IMG/VR virus record: IMGVR_UViG_2684622652_000002
Reading direction: 5' to 3' (one strand)
Origin: an uncultured virus (IMG/VR IMGVR_UViG_2684622652_000002)
Taxonomy: Duplodnaviria > Heunggongvirae > Uroviricota > Caudoviricetes
Length of the DNA stretch: 64,000 nt
Position 1 is the first letter of the stretch, and every line of letters begins with the position of its first letter. The position numbers and the translations under genes were made by a program. The notes under the pieces were generated by a model. That model searched no databases. It was not told the origin of the DNA and saw only the letters and a list, made by a program, of their open reading frames with translations. Of this stretch, positions 1-10,568 are shown piece by piece.

Positions 1-28
1 TTGGTTTAGGCGAAACGATAAATCTGGC
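1..28. repeat. Left crossover (cix-like) inverted repeat of the invertible tail-fibre segment, truncated by the window edge
   Basis: TTGGTTTAGGCGAAACGATAAATCTGGC is the exact reverse complement of 3129-3156; contains the AAACCAA core of hix/gix/cix sites. Confidence 0.9.
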
Positions 29-953
29 AAAAAATGCCGTCCCGGCGACACGCCGGGTTAACAGTAAACCACTGACCGGTGATATCACCCTGTGGGCGTC
101 GGATGTGGGGGCCATTTCCGCCGATGCTGTCGGAGAAATTACCGATAACGGCACGATGGCATCAGCTAATACACCTGGATGGTGGCGGGTGGCGGTGTCG
201 AATTCTGATACGGTCGCTGATTTTCCCACCTATCCGGATGGCAGCAAGCTGTACAGCTACGGATATCTGTTTGTTGAGAAAATCGGGGAAGTCTGGTTTC
301 AGCACTACTACGCGCATATTGGCGCTAACGCAAAGCGTCAGGACTGGGGAACTGTACCGAATACCAGCCGCCCGTGGATTGTTGACTACAACACAGCTAA
401 TAAACCCACTCCCGAAAATATCGGAGCGCTGTCAGTTAATGGAGGAAGGCTAAACGGCCCGTTAAGCATTGGTACTGACAATGCGCTGGGCGGCAATTCG
501 ATCGTTCTTGGTGATAATGACACTGGTTTTAAACAGAACGGCGATGGCGTGCTTGATGTTTACTCGAACTACACACATGTATTACGTATCATCGGTAATC
601 TTGTGGAAAGCATGGTTTCCCTGAAAGTAAACGGGAATGCTGTAGCTACAGGCGAAGTGCAGGCAGGAAATGGCGCGTCACGCATGGCTGGTAACGGGGA
701 TATTTTTGGTAATGTCTGGAACGGCTGGCTAAGTACACATCTGAATAATAATCTCGTCGCAGATATTCAATTAGGGGCTGGCACATCAGTGGCTACCTGG
801 AACAATGCAGGTTCCTGGCCTAACACCCCCGGATATGTAGTTACCTCCGTCTGGAAAGATAATCAAGGCGAAAATATTGATGGCATTGCTTATGCGCCTT
901 TGCAAAAAAGATTAGGTATTCAGTGGTATACCGTACAAGGTGGAACGGCATAA
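3..953 (+). CDS. Variable C-terminal part of tail fibre (Sv); 5'-partial, frame open from the window start
   Basis: Frame reads [24 protein letters not shown]; contains tail-fibre motif SIVLGDNDTGFKQNGDG; follows the crossover site. Confidence 0.88.
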   Translation, partial: GLGETINLAKNAVPATRRVNSKPLTGDITLWASDVGAISADAVGEITDNGTMASANTPGWWRVAVSNSDTVADFPTYPDGSKLYSYGYLFVEKIGEVWFQHYYAHIGANAKRQDWGTVPNTSRPWIVDYNTANKPTPENIGALSVNGGRLNGPLSIGTDNALGGNSIVLGDNDTGFKQNGDGVLDVYSNYTHVLRIIGNLVESMVSLKVNGNAVATGEVQAGNGASRMAGNGDIFGNVWNGWLSTHLNNNLVADIQLGAGTSVATWNNAGSWPNTPGYVVTSVWKDNQGENIDGIAYAPLQKRLGIQWYTVQGGTA

Positions 954-1540
954 TGAAAAAATATCAGGACATTAAAAATTTCAGACTTATTGACGCGCCC
1001 GTAAACAGGGGTAAAACTCAGTCCGAAATAAATATAGGTGCATATTTTCTGGAGTCAGAAGACGGGCAGGACTGGTATGAATGTCAGTCATTATTTTCTG
1101 ATGAAACCGCAAAAATCATGTACGACCATGAGGGGGTTATCTGGGGTGTTGTTAATAAGCCAGTCCCGCAACGTGGAAACACATATGCTGTATCAATGCT
1201 GTGGCCGGTTAATATGTCTGTTGCGGAAGTAGACGCTGCTGACTGTCCTGACGGCTGCCGTGGTGATGGCTCATGGTTGTACAGAGATGGCAAGGTTTTA
1301 CCCGTTCCGGTGGATTATCGGGCCAAGGCCGAAATCACCCGACAAAAATTACTTAGCGATGCCGACAATGCCATTAAGGACTGGCGTACAGAATTAACAC
1401 TGGGGATTATCAGTGATAAAAATAAAGTCACTCTAATCAATTGGATGGGCTACATTAACAAGTTAAAAGCTATTGATTTTTCACAAGTTAATAGCGAGGC
1501 CACTTTTGAGGAAATAAAGTGGCCTGAATCACCTAAATAA
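953..1540 (+). CDS. Tail fibre assembly chaperone (gpU/Tfa-like)
   Basis: Start MKKYQDIKNF overlaps the fibre stop; EDGQDWYE motif and C-terminal I-x-WP-x-x-P typical of Tfa proteins. Confidence 0.85.
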   Translation: MKKYQDIKNFRLIDAPVNRGKTQSEINIGAYFLESEDGQDWYECQSLFSDETAKIMYDHEGVIWGVVNKPVPQRGNTYAVSMLWPVNMSVAEVDAADCPDGCRGDGSWLYRDGKVLPVPVDYRAKAEITRQKLLSDADNAIKDWRTELTLGIISDKNKVTLINWMGYINKLKAIDFSQVNSEATFEEIKWPESPK

Positions 1541-1544
1541 TATT

Positions 1545-2129
1545 TTACTGGCTGGCTGGTTCTGCTGGCCAGTCAATGTTTAGGGCATCTTCTGGATTAA
1601 TGCGATTTAGCAATACTCGGTATTTTTTCCATTCAACCAGTAATTCTTTTTCGTTATCAGTTGCCATTTTATAATCAATTGCATCCTGTAAAGTATCGAT
1701 AATACTATTGGCTTTATTTTGTTGGTTCTTTTTGATATATGCAGCCTCACTAACTGTTGCGGAATGCTTCGCTACAGCATCATCTATCCATGCTTCCCCA
1801 TCCCATTTTTGCCAACTATTTGCTGGAGGTGTTGTCGTAGTTTCTGCCGGATAAGCGCCTAATGATGTAATAAAAATTTCATTTCCGGTTTTAATATCAT
1901 ACACGACCTCGCCTCGATGATCCTCACAAACAGTCCACTTGCCATTTTCTAAATCAAAAATAGCGACAAAACCGTCTTCTGTTTCAGGTGCTGGTTTCGT
2001 CGTACAGTTTGCAGGTAATCCGGTGTGAGGTGGGATATAGGCATCACCTGCACCAATAAATTCATGTGTGTCTGAGCGAAGATTATAAATTTTAATAGTC
2101 TGTGCTTTATCACTCATCTTAAAATCCAT
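1545..2129 (-). CDS. Alternative tail fibre assembly protein (U'/TfaE-like)
   Basis: DAYIPPHTGLPANCT, EDHRGE and WKKYRVLLNRI...IDWP motifs of the lambda Tfa family. Confidence 0.9.
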   Translation of the reverse strand: MDFKMSDKAQTIKIYNLRSDTHEFIGAGDAYIPPHTGLPANCTTKPAPETEDGFVAIFDLENGKWTVCEDHRGEVVYDIKTGNEIFITSLGAYPAETTTTPPANSWQKWDGEAWIDDAVAKHSATVSEAAYIKKNQQNKANSIIDTLQDAIDYKMATDNEKELLVEWKKYRVLLNRINPEDALNIDWPAEPASQ

Positions 2130-3156
2130 TATGCTAACCTCACAATATAATTAAAAGCAATGTTCTTCACCGTAGTTTCTGCATTACCGTCTGCGTCTAC
2201 AATCACGACGTGTCCATGTGGACCGATGTATACAGTATGATCATGCGGGCCAATCCATGTGGTATGTGCGTGATCGCCATTCCAGCTTGTTAACTGGTCA
2301 TTGCCATCACGCTGAACGCGAGCTTTTCCACCGATTGAATCACCACCGTATGTGCCGCCCGCTGAATGGTTATGACCGCCTGTTGTATTAGAGCTCTTCG
2401 TTCCGTAATCAAATGACGACGCACCTTTCGTTCCTAGATCAGTATCTTGCGCTCTGGCGCTGTGACTGTGCGATTTGTTGCCATCCAGCTCCTGAGAGAG
2501 CACAGCGCGCCCGCTCGCGGGCTTGCCTTTGATTGTCCAGCCGCGCATGTCTGGAATAGTGCCGGATGGATAAGCTATTGCTAGTAAGAGACAAACGCTC
2601 TTATCAAAGCTCTCGCCCTGCATCAGGGCGTAACCAGCAGGGATGGTGTCAGACGGCCACGGAAGGGGAACGCCGGGCGGACACGACATCAGGGGACGCC
2701 AGGTAAACCCGGAATCATTGGTTGCGTCCCAGCGCGCGCCAATCCAGGTGTTGCCAACTGAGTCTGTTATCAGAACGGCGCAGCCGTCTACGCAATCGCG
2801 CTTGGCAATCACTTCCAGAAAAACATAATCGTTTACCGGCAATATCGTTGCCGGAGCTTTATTGCTGGCAAACCGGCGAGCACCAGACGGCAGAATGCTC
2901 AAATCATCGGCGGTACTTACCCACATAACGGGCTGAGCACCAAGACCGGTCTGGGTGTCGTCTATAGCTCTTTTGGCGGTGGAAATACGGATGTCGTCAC
3001 CAGCGGCTACAGTGCCTGGCGTGGTGCCGACGTTGAGTGTAGCACTGTTGCCAAGCTGGAGGGACTGACGGGCCAGCGATTTATCTGGCACATCATTCAA
3101 GTTCTGGTCTTTTTGCATGGCGCCAGTGGCCAGATTTATCGTTTCGCCTAAACCAA
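2129..3156 (-). CDS. Silent alternative tail fibre C-terminus (Sv') with collar domain
   Basis: Begins at the crossover with the same GLGETINLA peptide; collar motif [22 protein letters not shown]; ends [12 protein letters not shown]. Confidence 0.88.
3129..3156. repeat. Right crossover (cix-like) inverted repeat
   Basis: 28-bp perfect inverted copy of 1-28, adjacent to the invertase gene. Confidence 0.9.
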
Positions 3157-3243
3157 CGTTTCTGGTCTCGCAGCGTTTATTCCCTTCTGACAAAATAGCC
3201 AACTTTTGCAGCTATTGACATTTCTATGAAAGGAGTAAATCGG

Positions 3244-3813
3244 TTGAAAATTGGCTACGTAAGGGTGTCAACAAATGACCAAAACACCGAATTACAGCGA
3301 GAAGCGTTAGAGCGTTTAAATTGTGAGCTAATTTTTGAAGATAAAATGAGCGGAACAAAGAAGCATCGGCCTGGATTAAAGAGAGCGCTGAAACACCTGA
3401 AGGAGGGGGATACTCTTATTGTCTGGAAACTGGACCGTCTGGGCAGATCAATGAAAAACCTCATATCGTTTATTGATGAAATTCGGGGTAAAGGAGCGCA
3501 TTTTCAAAGTGTGACGGATTCTATTGATACCTCGACTCATATGGGGAGATTTTTCTTCCATGTCATGGGGGCGTTAGCAGAGATGGAGCGTGAGTTGATA
3601 GTGGAAAGAACGCGCGCTGGTCTGGAGGTCGCCCGTGCTAAAGGCAGAATTGGAGGCCGCCGGCCCAAAATGACAACGGAAAAAATCGCCCAGGCAGAAC
3701 GTTTGCTGTTGAACGGGCATAGTCGCCAGCAGTTAGCACTGATTTACGACGTATCCCCAAAAACAATTTATAAGTATTTCCCGTCCTCAAAGTACCCATC
3801 TGCGATTCCATAG
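3244..3813 (+). CDS. cin: Serine DNA invertase (Cin/Hin/Gin family)
   Basis: IGYVRVSTNDQN, VWKLDRLGRS and C-terminal HTH; probable TTG start at 3244 after an AAGGAG RBS. Confidence 0.93.
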   Translation: MKIGYVRVSTNDQNTELQREALERLNCELIFEDKMSGTKKHRPGLKRALKHLKEGDTLIVWKLDRLGRSMKNLISFIDEIRGKGAHFQSVTDSIDTSTHMGRFFFHVMGALAEMERELIVERTRAGLEVARAKGRIGGRRPKMTTEKIAQAERLLLNGHSRQQLALIYDVSPKTIYKYFPSSKYPSAIP

Positions 3814-3893
3814 TTTATTGGTCACAATTTTGCTTACCCTTCAAGAAAGCACTTTCAATAACATTATTGGCAGGCAATGCGCGGGGGGAGCTT

Positions 3894-4223
3894 GTGATTC
3901 ACACACAGGAAGTGGCCCAAGTCGCTGTTGCATTCCTGCTATGTGTTATATGCGGGGTAGGCACCTTCCTGATGGATGTACGTGCCGGTCGGCAGACTGG
4001 CAATCTGTTGGGTTTGGTCACGGAGATCTTTGTTGCTGTGACAGCCGGGGTAATAGCGTATCTGTGGGGACAGCATAAAGGATGGGATCTCTTCGTTACC
4101 TATCTGGCAGTAACAATCGCCAGCAATAACGGTCACGAAGTCGTCTCAGGGATGAAACGGATAAATATTGACATGATTCTGAATGGAATAATGAATCTGA
4201 TAAAAAAGGGAGGCAGTAAATGA
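3894..4223 (+). CDS. lydA: Holin LydA
   Basis: 109-aa membrane protein resembling P1 LydA (GNLLGLVTEIFVAVTAG); first gene of the dar operon. Confidence 0.88.
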   Translation: MIHTQEVAQVAVAFLLCVICGVGTFLMDVRAGRQTGNLLGLVTEIFVAVTAGVIAYLWGQHKGWDLFVTYLAVTIASNNGHEVVSGMKRINIDMILNGIMNLIKKGGSK

Positions 4224-4663
4224 TCAGTTGGATTGTCGGCGCTATCGCACTGGCTATTGCTGACCGCTTTCTGCTGAAGCGTAGCGATATTTCAGAAATC
4301 CACTTAGGTGAGGCCGAGTTCCTGGGCGGTTTTGTCCGCGTACCTATCACCTATAAGAGTCGTTTCCCGTTTTTACGGGGGGCAACGATTCGATACTGGA
4401 TGAGTGATGCGCGTAAGCCTACAACCGTCGTAGAAGGCGATCAACGTAACTTATCTTATGCAAAGAGAGGCGAGAACTGTGAATGGCTATTCATTCCTAC
4501 CGAGTATATGGGGGGAGGGAAGCGTTTATGGCTGTTTACTGCCAACGTTACACATGGTGACTCATTTGTGAATCCGTTGTACCGAATTTTTCCAATATCG
4601 AAGCAGGTTCGGAGAAGCTACTGTTTGGATCTATCACAGGAAGTGAATGATGACCGGAAATAA
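4220..4663 (+). CDS. lydB: Antiholin LydB
   Basis: 147 aa; lydA-lydB-hdf synteny. Confidence 0.82.
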   Translation: MISWIVGAIALAIADRFLLKRSDISEIHLGEAEFLGGFVRVPITYKSRFPFLRGATIRYWMSDARKPTTVVEGDQRNLSYAKRGENCEWLFIPTEYMGGGKRLWLFTANVTHGDSFVNPLYRIFPISKQVRRSYCLDLSQEVNDDRK

Positions 4664-5252
4664 ATACGCTACGGTTGATTTTGACCAGATTAATGAAAAA
4701 GGCTTAAAAAGCCTCATAACGGCGATTAACAAAACGGGAACAACGGTACTTGAAGTAGAGTCCAGTAACCGAGCCACAACGAAAGATGGAGTTAAAGTTA
4801 AGACGGCGAAGCTGGTATTGCAGGATGGTCAGATGCTGACAATTCAGGTCAACGATACTGGTGATATTTCCTCCGTTAAACTGAATGGGCGTGTTATTCC
4901 TAACGCACAATCACCTGACATTAAGTCGTTGGGTGCGGTAATGGGGCGCGCAGCGCTTAATAATTCTCAAAAGTTTCGTAAATCATTGGCTGCAAAAGCC
5001 AAGCGTGTGGCAAATCCTGTCGATAAAAAGCCCGCAGTAAAATCCAGCTTTCAACAACTCCAGGAAGCGAAAGCCCGTAATGCACAAGTAACACAGAATT
5101 ATCGCTCTATTCAAAATCAGGTTGCGGTAAATCAGCAAAATATTACCGATCTGCGTGGCCGGATGGACAAAGAAACAGCACGGTTAAATAACGCCAGAGC
5201 AAAAAATATTGAGCTGAAAACACGATTGAAAAATCTGAAGTCGGGGAAATAA
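4650..5252 (+). CDS. hdf: Hdf, homologue of a DarA fragment
   Basis: Size and position before darA; coiled-coil C-terminus. Confidence 0.85.
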   Translation: MTGNKYATVDFDQINEKGLKSLITAINKTGTTVLEVESSNRATTKDGVKVKTAKLVLQDGQMLTIQVNDTGDISSVKLNGRVIPNAQSPDIKSLGAVMGRAALNNSQKFRKSLAAKAKRVANPVDKKPAVKSSFQQLQEAKARNAQVTQNYRSIQNQVAVNQQNITDLRGRMDKETARLNNARAKNIELKTRLKNLKSGK

Positions 5253-5253
5253 T

Positions 5254-7203
5254 ATGGATTTTAATCTTCACAAGGCAGTGACTATTAAACCGGGATTAGA
5301 TGTTCTTCCCGCGCCTATCACAGATGAAGAATACCGGGATCTTATGGCGGGGGAAAATCGCTATTTGATGACGGAAGCGAACTCGCTGGATGAGTTGGAG
5401 GCAACATTCTTCTATGATGCACCGGTTCACTGGCAGGCGGGTGAGTTGCTGGAAGCGATTACTTCTACCCGGCTGCAATTGAGCCGGACAATGCGTGCCT
5501 TTATCCGTACGCTGAACCAAAAATTAAAAGGCACAGGCATTACTGCTGGTAGTGATAAAACTGGTGATGTTGCACAAAGTGGCACGCGGGAGATTGGCGG
5601 TGCCGAGGTTGGCCGGGCGCGGAATGTAAATGGTCTACCGGTTCTACCGGCGCTGATTCCCCTTAGCGATGGGCAGACGATCAGCATTCTGTTTCACAGT
5701 CCTACCGCTGAAAAGAGAATCACGAACAGCGATACGCTGATTGCTTTTCAGTTCCTGCTGAATAAAAAAGACGTCACCCATACTGTAGCGCCGATGAGCG
5801 GACGAGATATGACGCTGGCGCAGGTGACTATGAAGCTGGCGAACCTGGCAGAAAAAAATACTGCTAAATTCCAGCGCGCGCAGAAGAAGAAAAAAGCCCT
5901 CACTGACGAGATTAATCAGCTTCAGGCAGATAGTGATCAGAAAGAAGATGCACTTAGCGACCTGGCAGACCAGGCCGCCACTGTTCAAAGTCAGAGTGCA
6001 GATCTGGAACAGCAGGTAAGCGTTATAGCCGCGCAGGCAGACCAGCTCGATGAGGAGAATGAGCGCCTTCAGGCAGAAATTGATGAACTTAACCGAACCG
6101 GCGGGCGTAGTGATGCGGCCACTGTTGCGGTTTCTGGTGGACAGGCGCGCGCGCTGACTGACCGCCTCGCCAATATTAAAAATCGTATGCACATTGATGG
6201 TCATGTGACGCTAAGTAATGGCGCAGAAATGCGACAGGGTATTGTTGATGGGGAGGGCTATATCCAGCTAACTGCCCCGGACGGTAGCCGTTACCAGATC
6301 CAGGCAGAGTCAATACAGGGTGTACACCTTGAAGCGGCCATAGGAAAACTGTTCAAGGCCTATAAAGCTGGTAAGGCTGAACAATATCTGGTTGCGGCGG
6401 AACCAGAACCCGCACCGGCACCAGACCCCGCGCCCGAACCGGTCCCTGAGCCGATACCGGAACCTGTTCCCGCTCCTGAAGCAGAACTTACCGCCGGTAA
6501 ATATCGTTATGCGCTTCAAATGCGCCCGGCTGGAGTGGGGGCTGTGCCGGCTGATAATGCCGGTATTCTGCCGCGCCCTGACTCCGATGACCCGTACTAC
6601 GATTACGCCCGTCACGGCATCATCACCTACAATGAGCCGCTGTCAGACGAGCAGATGCGCAACTTCGATCTGAAGCTGCTGCCGAGGGAAGAGTCCTTTG
6701 ACTTCCTCGCTAAGACGCTTGCCAGTGGTCCGTTTGGCAAATATGCCCGGCAATATCTTGAGATGGCTACCAGCGCGCCGAAAGACTTCCAGTCAACGCT
6801 GAAGATGAATTTCCAGAAGACCTTCCCTAACATCGCTTATCCGCTGGGTGACGGCACTGAAAAACTGGTGAAAAGCATGATTGTTGCACTTCAGCAGGAA
6901 GTCGCTGAAAGTAAGCCAGCACCAGATCCGCAGCCTGAACCGGCACCGGAACCTACACCAGAACCGGAAATTAGCGAAGCGGATAAAGCTGCCAACCAGG
7001 CAATCGACTATCTGAACAGTATTAACAGTATGCAGAGCAGCGATATGCTGGAAATTCGTAACGCACGTAGTAGCGTACGTGAGGCGATCGCCGCACTTCA
7101 GGCCGCAGGCCGCTTTGATGAAAACGAAGAGCTGGTGAACGCTGCCGCGCGTCATCTGGCCGATCTGCTGGTAGCAATCCAGAAACAGGGGGTAAACGCA
7201 TGA
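5254..7203 (+). CDS. darA: Defence-against-restriction protein DarA
   Basis: 649 aa; GQTISILFHSPT motif, coiled coil, Pro/Glu-rich linkers; synteny. Confidence 0.9.
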   Translation: MDFNLHKAVTIKPGLDVLPAPITDEEYRDLMAGENRYLMTEANSLDELEATFFYDAPVHWQAGELLEAITSTRLQLSRTMRAFIRTLNQKLKGTGITAGSDKTGDVAQSGTREIGGAEVGRARNVNGLPVLPALIPLSDGQTISILFHSPTAEKRITNSDTLIAFQFLLNKKDVTHTVAPMSGRDMTLAQVTMKLANLAEKNTAKFQRAQKKKKALTDEINQLQADSDQKEDALSDLADQAATVQSQSADLEQQVSVIAAQADQLDEENERLQAEIDELNRTGGRSDAATVAVSGGQARALTDRLANIKNRMHIDGHVTLSNGAEMRQGIVDGEGYIQLTAPDGSRYQIQAESIQGVHLEAAIGKLFKAYKAGKAEQYLVAAEPEPAPAPDPAPEPVPEPIPEPVPAPEAELTAGKYRYALQMRPAGVGAVPADNAGILPRPDSDDPYYDYARHGIITYNEPLSDEQMRNFDLKLLPREESFDFLAKTLASGPFGKYARQYLEMATSAPKDFQSTLKMNFQKTFPNIAYPLGDGTEKLVKSMIVALQQEVAESKPAPDPQPEPAPEPTPEPEISEADKAANQAIDYLNSINSMQSSDMLEIRNARSSVREAIAALQAAGRFDENEELVNAAARHLADLLVAIQKQGVNA

Positions 7204-7559
7204 AACTCTCCGCACTGGAATTGATGGACCTGAGCGATAAGCTTGATGAGTTAATGTCAAAGGCATCCGGCGCTACCGGGCTGGATCTCCTGGATATCAG
7301 CGACGAAATTGATCAGGTAATGCAACAGATGGGATACGGCGCAGGGGCTGACACTAAACCGGAAGACCCGAAGCCGTCCGACAACGTGCCGCAACTGGTT
7401 GCCGATTTTCTGGCGGATAAATTCCTGAAGCAAAGCCCGGATGCCTTTATCAGCACGCTCCAGGATCTTAGCCAGTACGTTGATGTTTATATTGACCTGG
7501 GCCAGGTAAAGGAACACACGGCGTCATGGATTGATGCCAACGTAAAAGAGGCAGCATAA
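7200..7559 (+). CDS. ddrA: DdrA
   Basis: 119-aa acidic protein directly after darA. Confidence 0.82.
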   Translation: MKLSALELMDLSDKLDELMSKASGATGLDLLDISDEIDQVMQQMGYGAGADTKPEDPKPSDNVPQLVADFLADKFLKQSPDAFISTLQDLSQYVDVYIDLGQVKEHTASWIDANVKEAA

Positions 7560-7571
7560 GGCGACACAGGG

Positions 7572-10568
7572 ATGAGTTTACGCGAACAGGTGGCAATGGC
7601 CACCAGCATGACCACGCTTATCGAGCTGCTGAAGAACTTGCCCGGTTACGGGCGGGTTTCATATGTGGTGACGGCGAAAGGGGATGAGGTGAAAACGGCG
7701 TTTGACATTGTTGACGCCGCTGCGCTCCTTGTTTCCAATACACTGGATGGGAAAATCAATCCAGAGTATCCCCAGGAGTTGCAGCCGCGCGATCGTACAC
7801 GCGCTTCGAGCCTCCTTCAGGTTAACCAGATATCCAAAGACCTACGCCCGGCGCAACTGACTGATTCCGGACTGTCGAGCCACGGGGCACCAATTATCGG
7901 TGAAGATAATGCCGTTGAATCCGGGAACGGTCGCACGATGGGTATCATCAAAGCCTATCAGGACGGTAGCGCCGACAAATACCGTGACTACCTTATCGAG
8001 CATGCGGCAGATTACGGCCTGAGCGCAGAAAAGGTCTCCTTGATGGCGGCGCCGGTACTGGTTCGCCGGCGTCTGACTAAAGTAGACCGCGTGCAATTTG
8101 CGAAAGATTCCAATATCTCCGATCTCCAGGAAATGGCAGCCAGCGAAAAGGCTTTCGTAGATGCAGACAGCATTACACCGGGCATGATGGCGCTGTTTAA
8201 CCCGTCCGAGAGCGGTGATCTCCTGAGTCGCAGTAATGATGCCTTTATCCGTGGCTTTATGACGCAAGTTGGCGCGACGCAGGCGGCAGGACTGGTGACT
8301 GAGGACGGCAGACCAACCAGGCAGTTGGTTGATCGCGTCCAGAACGCTATTTTCGCTAAAGCCTACAAAGATGCTCGCCTGGTACGCATGGTGGCAGAAG
8401 AACCGGACCCGGACATGCGTAACGTGCTGACAGCGCTGAATGCCGCCGCTAGCGATTTTGTACAAATGCAGGCTATATCCGGAGAAGCTCATAAGCAGGC
8501 AGTAAACACCCTTGTTGAGGGCATCGAGACAGTTGATTCCCTGGATAAGAAGGCACTTTCAGCGCTCAAAGATGCGGTGGATCTGGTGCGGCAGGCGAAA
8601 GAATCCGGACAACATATTAGTGACGTGATCGCGCAGGGCGATATGTTTCATGAGACGGAGCCCGAAGTAAAAGCACTGGCGCTGTTTATTGTCGCTAACA
8701 ACCGCAGCGCCAAGCGTATGGCCACCGCATTTAAGCTGATGGCGCAGCGTATCAATGACGAGCTACAACATCGGGGGCAGGCGCTGGGGGATATGTTCGG
8801 AGGCGCTGAGGTATCGCTTCAGGATATTCTACGCCAGGTTTCTGACCATCTGGAAAGCGAAGGCATGCAAGGGATAACCGGCGGTTTGTTTGAGGCGGTT
8901 GGTGCCGAAGGCCAATACCCAAACATCGGGCCGTACATCGGTATGCTACTTCGTAGTGCGGATAACGTTAACGATCTTATCAACGTGGTTAAGCTCGTAT
9001 CTAAAACCGAACCTGATGACAACAATGACATCATTTCGCTGGCGCTGTATCTCAATCTCAATGCCAGTCAGGTATTTAACTGGAGTAAGTCGCTGGGCAT
9101 AAGCAAGAACGCAATTGCTTCACTGCACCGCATGGCTGTACACAGCACCACTGCGTTTCAGGAGATCAAAGCAGCGATACAGAACCACGAATTACCGCCA
9201 GCGATGGATTGGGATAAGGCGAGGACTTACCGCGTAAAAGAGTTCCTGGACGCTACCAGCACTACGGCCCCATTGAGCATGGTTATTGATCGCCTCAACA
9301 GGTTGTTTGGTGATCACACCTCCTTCCGGGATTTAACATTGAGTGAGCTGAAAGAGGCTTCCCGCGCGTGGGCGCATGAGCGTAGCGATATCCAGCCAGG
9401 ATTCTTGCCAAAATTCGATAAAGCTCTCTCCCGCGCCGAAAGCCCACTGAAGGTCATGAAGGCCTTCCGGGCGGTCAGTAAAGCCATTGCTGAAAAAGCA
9501 CGCGATATTACTGGTGTTATGGACACGGGTAAGGCTTTTGCATCTGCGGCAGGGTTGGATAAGCCGATCACTATCAAAGATAAAGCGCAGGGTTGGTTGG
9601 CAGATTTTGAGTATGTGTTAGATCTGGATGTTGTGGACAACGACACCCGCAATCTGCTGGATTTTTATATAGATGAGATCAGCAAAGTTATTGATGACGA
9701 AGAAAAGCTGGGGAGATATCTCCATGATGCCATTCATCAAAATAACATCTCGCTCTATGCCTCATTGCGCGCTCTTCAGCGTACAGCCGAGAATAAATAT
9801 GGCGAAAACGATAACCGCGCGCTGCGCCTAATGGACATTGTGAACTCTTTCAGGAATGGCCTTTCGCCGAGCCTGGTAGATAAGATTCATGGCAATGTAC
9901 AGGCTGCATTTGAATCGGTGCTCTCGCAGTCGCCGGTCAATGACGAACTGGCTGAAGCATGGGTATCAGGAGTGCAACTTGATGAGCCGCTGATGGAAAA
10001 GTTTAGTGGGTCGCATGAGTGGCGGGCGCCCATTGATATTAAGCGCGAGTTGAAGAGCATTTATCGGCTAACCGGTGGCAAGCTCGGCACACTGAAACGC
10101 ATCGTTCACGAAGATGGTGTGCGCGCGTATGCTAACGCAAGAGGAGATATTGTGTTGGATGGTTCCAGTGACGATTTGCATGTGCTTTGGCATGAAGTCG
10201 GGCATCATCTGGAATATTCCAATCCGGCGTTGCTGGAGAAGGCCCGCTCGTTTCTGAAGTCGAAAAGCCTTTCTTCCTCCGTATCCTACGGTAATTTGGG
10301 GAGCCGCCGGAAACCAGAATACTATATCCGGACATCACTTAGCCGTAAATATGCTTCAAAAATTTACATGAGCAATAAAGTTAACCCGTCTGGCCGCATG
10401 TCTTCGGAGAAGCCAAGCCTGATGAAGTGTAAAAGCACTGAGGTGTTTTCTATGGCGCTACAGCTTTACCGTGATAAGGAAATGACCGCAAGGTCTATCA
10501 TCAACAATGATGGTCTGCTTGAGCTGGCGCTGGGGTGCGCGAAGGAGTTACACGATGGAAACCATTAA
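7572..10568 (+). CDS. ddrB: DdrB: ParB-like N-terminal domain and C-terminal HExxH zincin-like domain
   Basis: ELQPRDR and VESGNGR ParB-like motifs; HEVGHHLE; synteny. Confidence 0.85.
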   Translation: MSLREQVAMATSMTTLIELLKNLPGYGRVSYVVTAKGDEVKTAFDIVDAAALLVSNTLDGKINPEYPQELQPRDRTRASSLLQVNQISKDLRPAQLTDSGLSSHGAPIIGEDNAVESGNGRTMGIIKAYQDGSADKYRDYLIEHAADYGLSAEKVSLMAAPVLVRRRLTKVDRVQFAKDSNISDLQEMAASEKAFVDADSITPGMMALFNPSESGDLLSRSNDAFIRGFMTQVGATQAAGLVTEDGRPTRQLVDRVQNAIFAKAYKDARLVRMVAEEPDPDMRNVLTALNAAASDFVQMQAISGEAHKQAVNTLVEGIETVDSLDKKALSALKDAVDLVRQAKESGQHISDVIAQGDMFHETEPEVKALALFIVANNRSAKRMATAFKLMAQRINDELQHRGQALGDMFGGAEVSLQDILRQVSDHLESEGMQGITGGLFEAVGAEGQYPNIGPYIGMLLRSADNVNDLINVVKLVSKTEPDDNNDIISLALYLNLNASQVFNWSKSLGISKNAIASLHRMAVHSTTAFQEIKAAIQNHELPPAMDWDKARTYRVKEFLDATSTTAPLSMVIDRLNRLFGDHTSFRDLTLSELKEASRAWAHERSDIQPGFLPKFDKALSRAESPLKVMKAFRAVSKAIAEKARDITGVMDTGKAFASAAGLDKPITIKDKAQGWLADFEYVLDLDVVDNDTRNLLDFYIDEISKVIDDEEKLGRYLHDAIHQNNISLYASLRALQRTAENKYGENDNRALRLMDIVNSFRNGLSPSLVDKIHGNVQAAFESVLSQSPVNDELAEAWVSGVQLDEPLMEKFSGSHEWRAPIDIKRELKSIYRLTGGKLGTLKRIVHEDGVRAYANARGDIVLDGSSDDLHVLWHEVGHHLEYSNPALLEKARSFLKSKSLSSSVSYGNLGSRRKPEYYIRTSLSRKYASKIYMSNKVNPSGRMSSEKPSLMKCKSTEVFSMALQLYRDKEMTARSIINNDGLLELALGCAKELHDGNH

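Noticed and set aside
3819..3840. Lpa late promoter for the dar operon
   Set aside because: TGGTCACAA is a weak match and its spacing to TACCCT is 7 rather than 4; plausible but not supportable
6395..6480. Tandem DNA repeats in darA (also near 6915-6970)
   Set aside because: They encode Pro/Glu/Ala linkers and are not an independent repeat element
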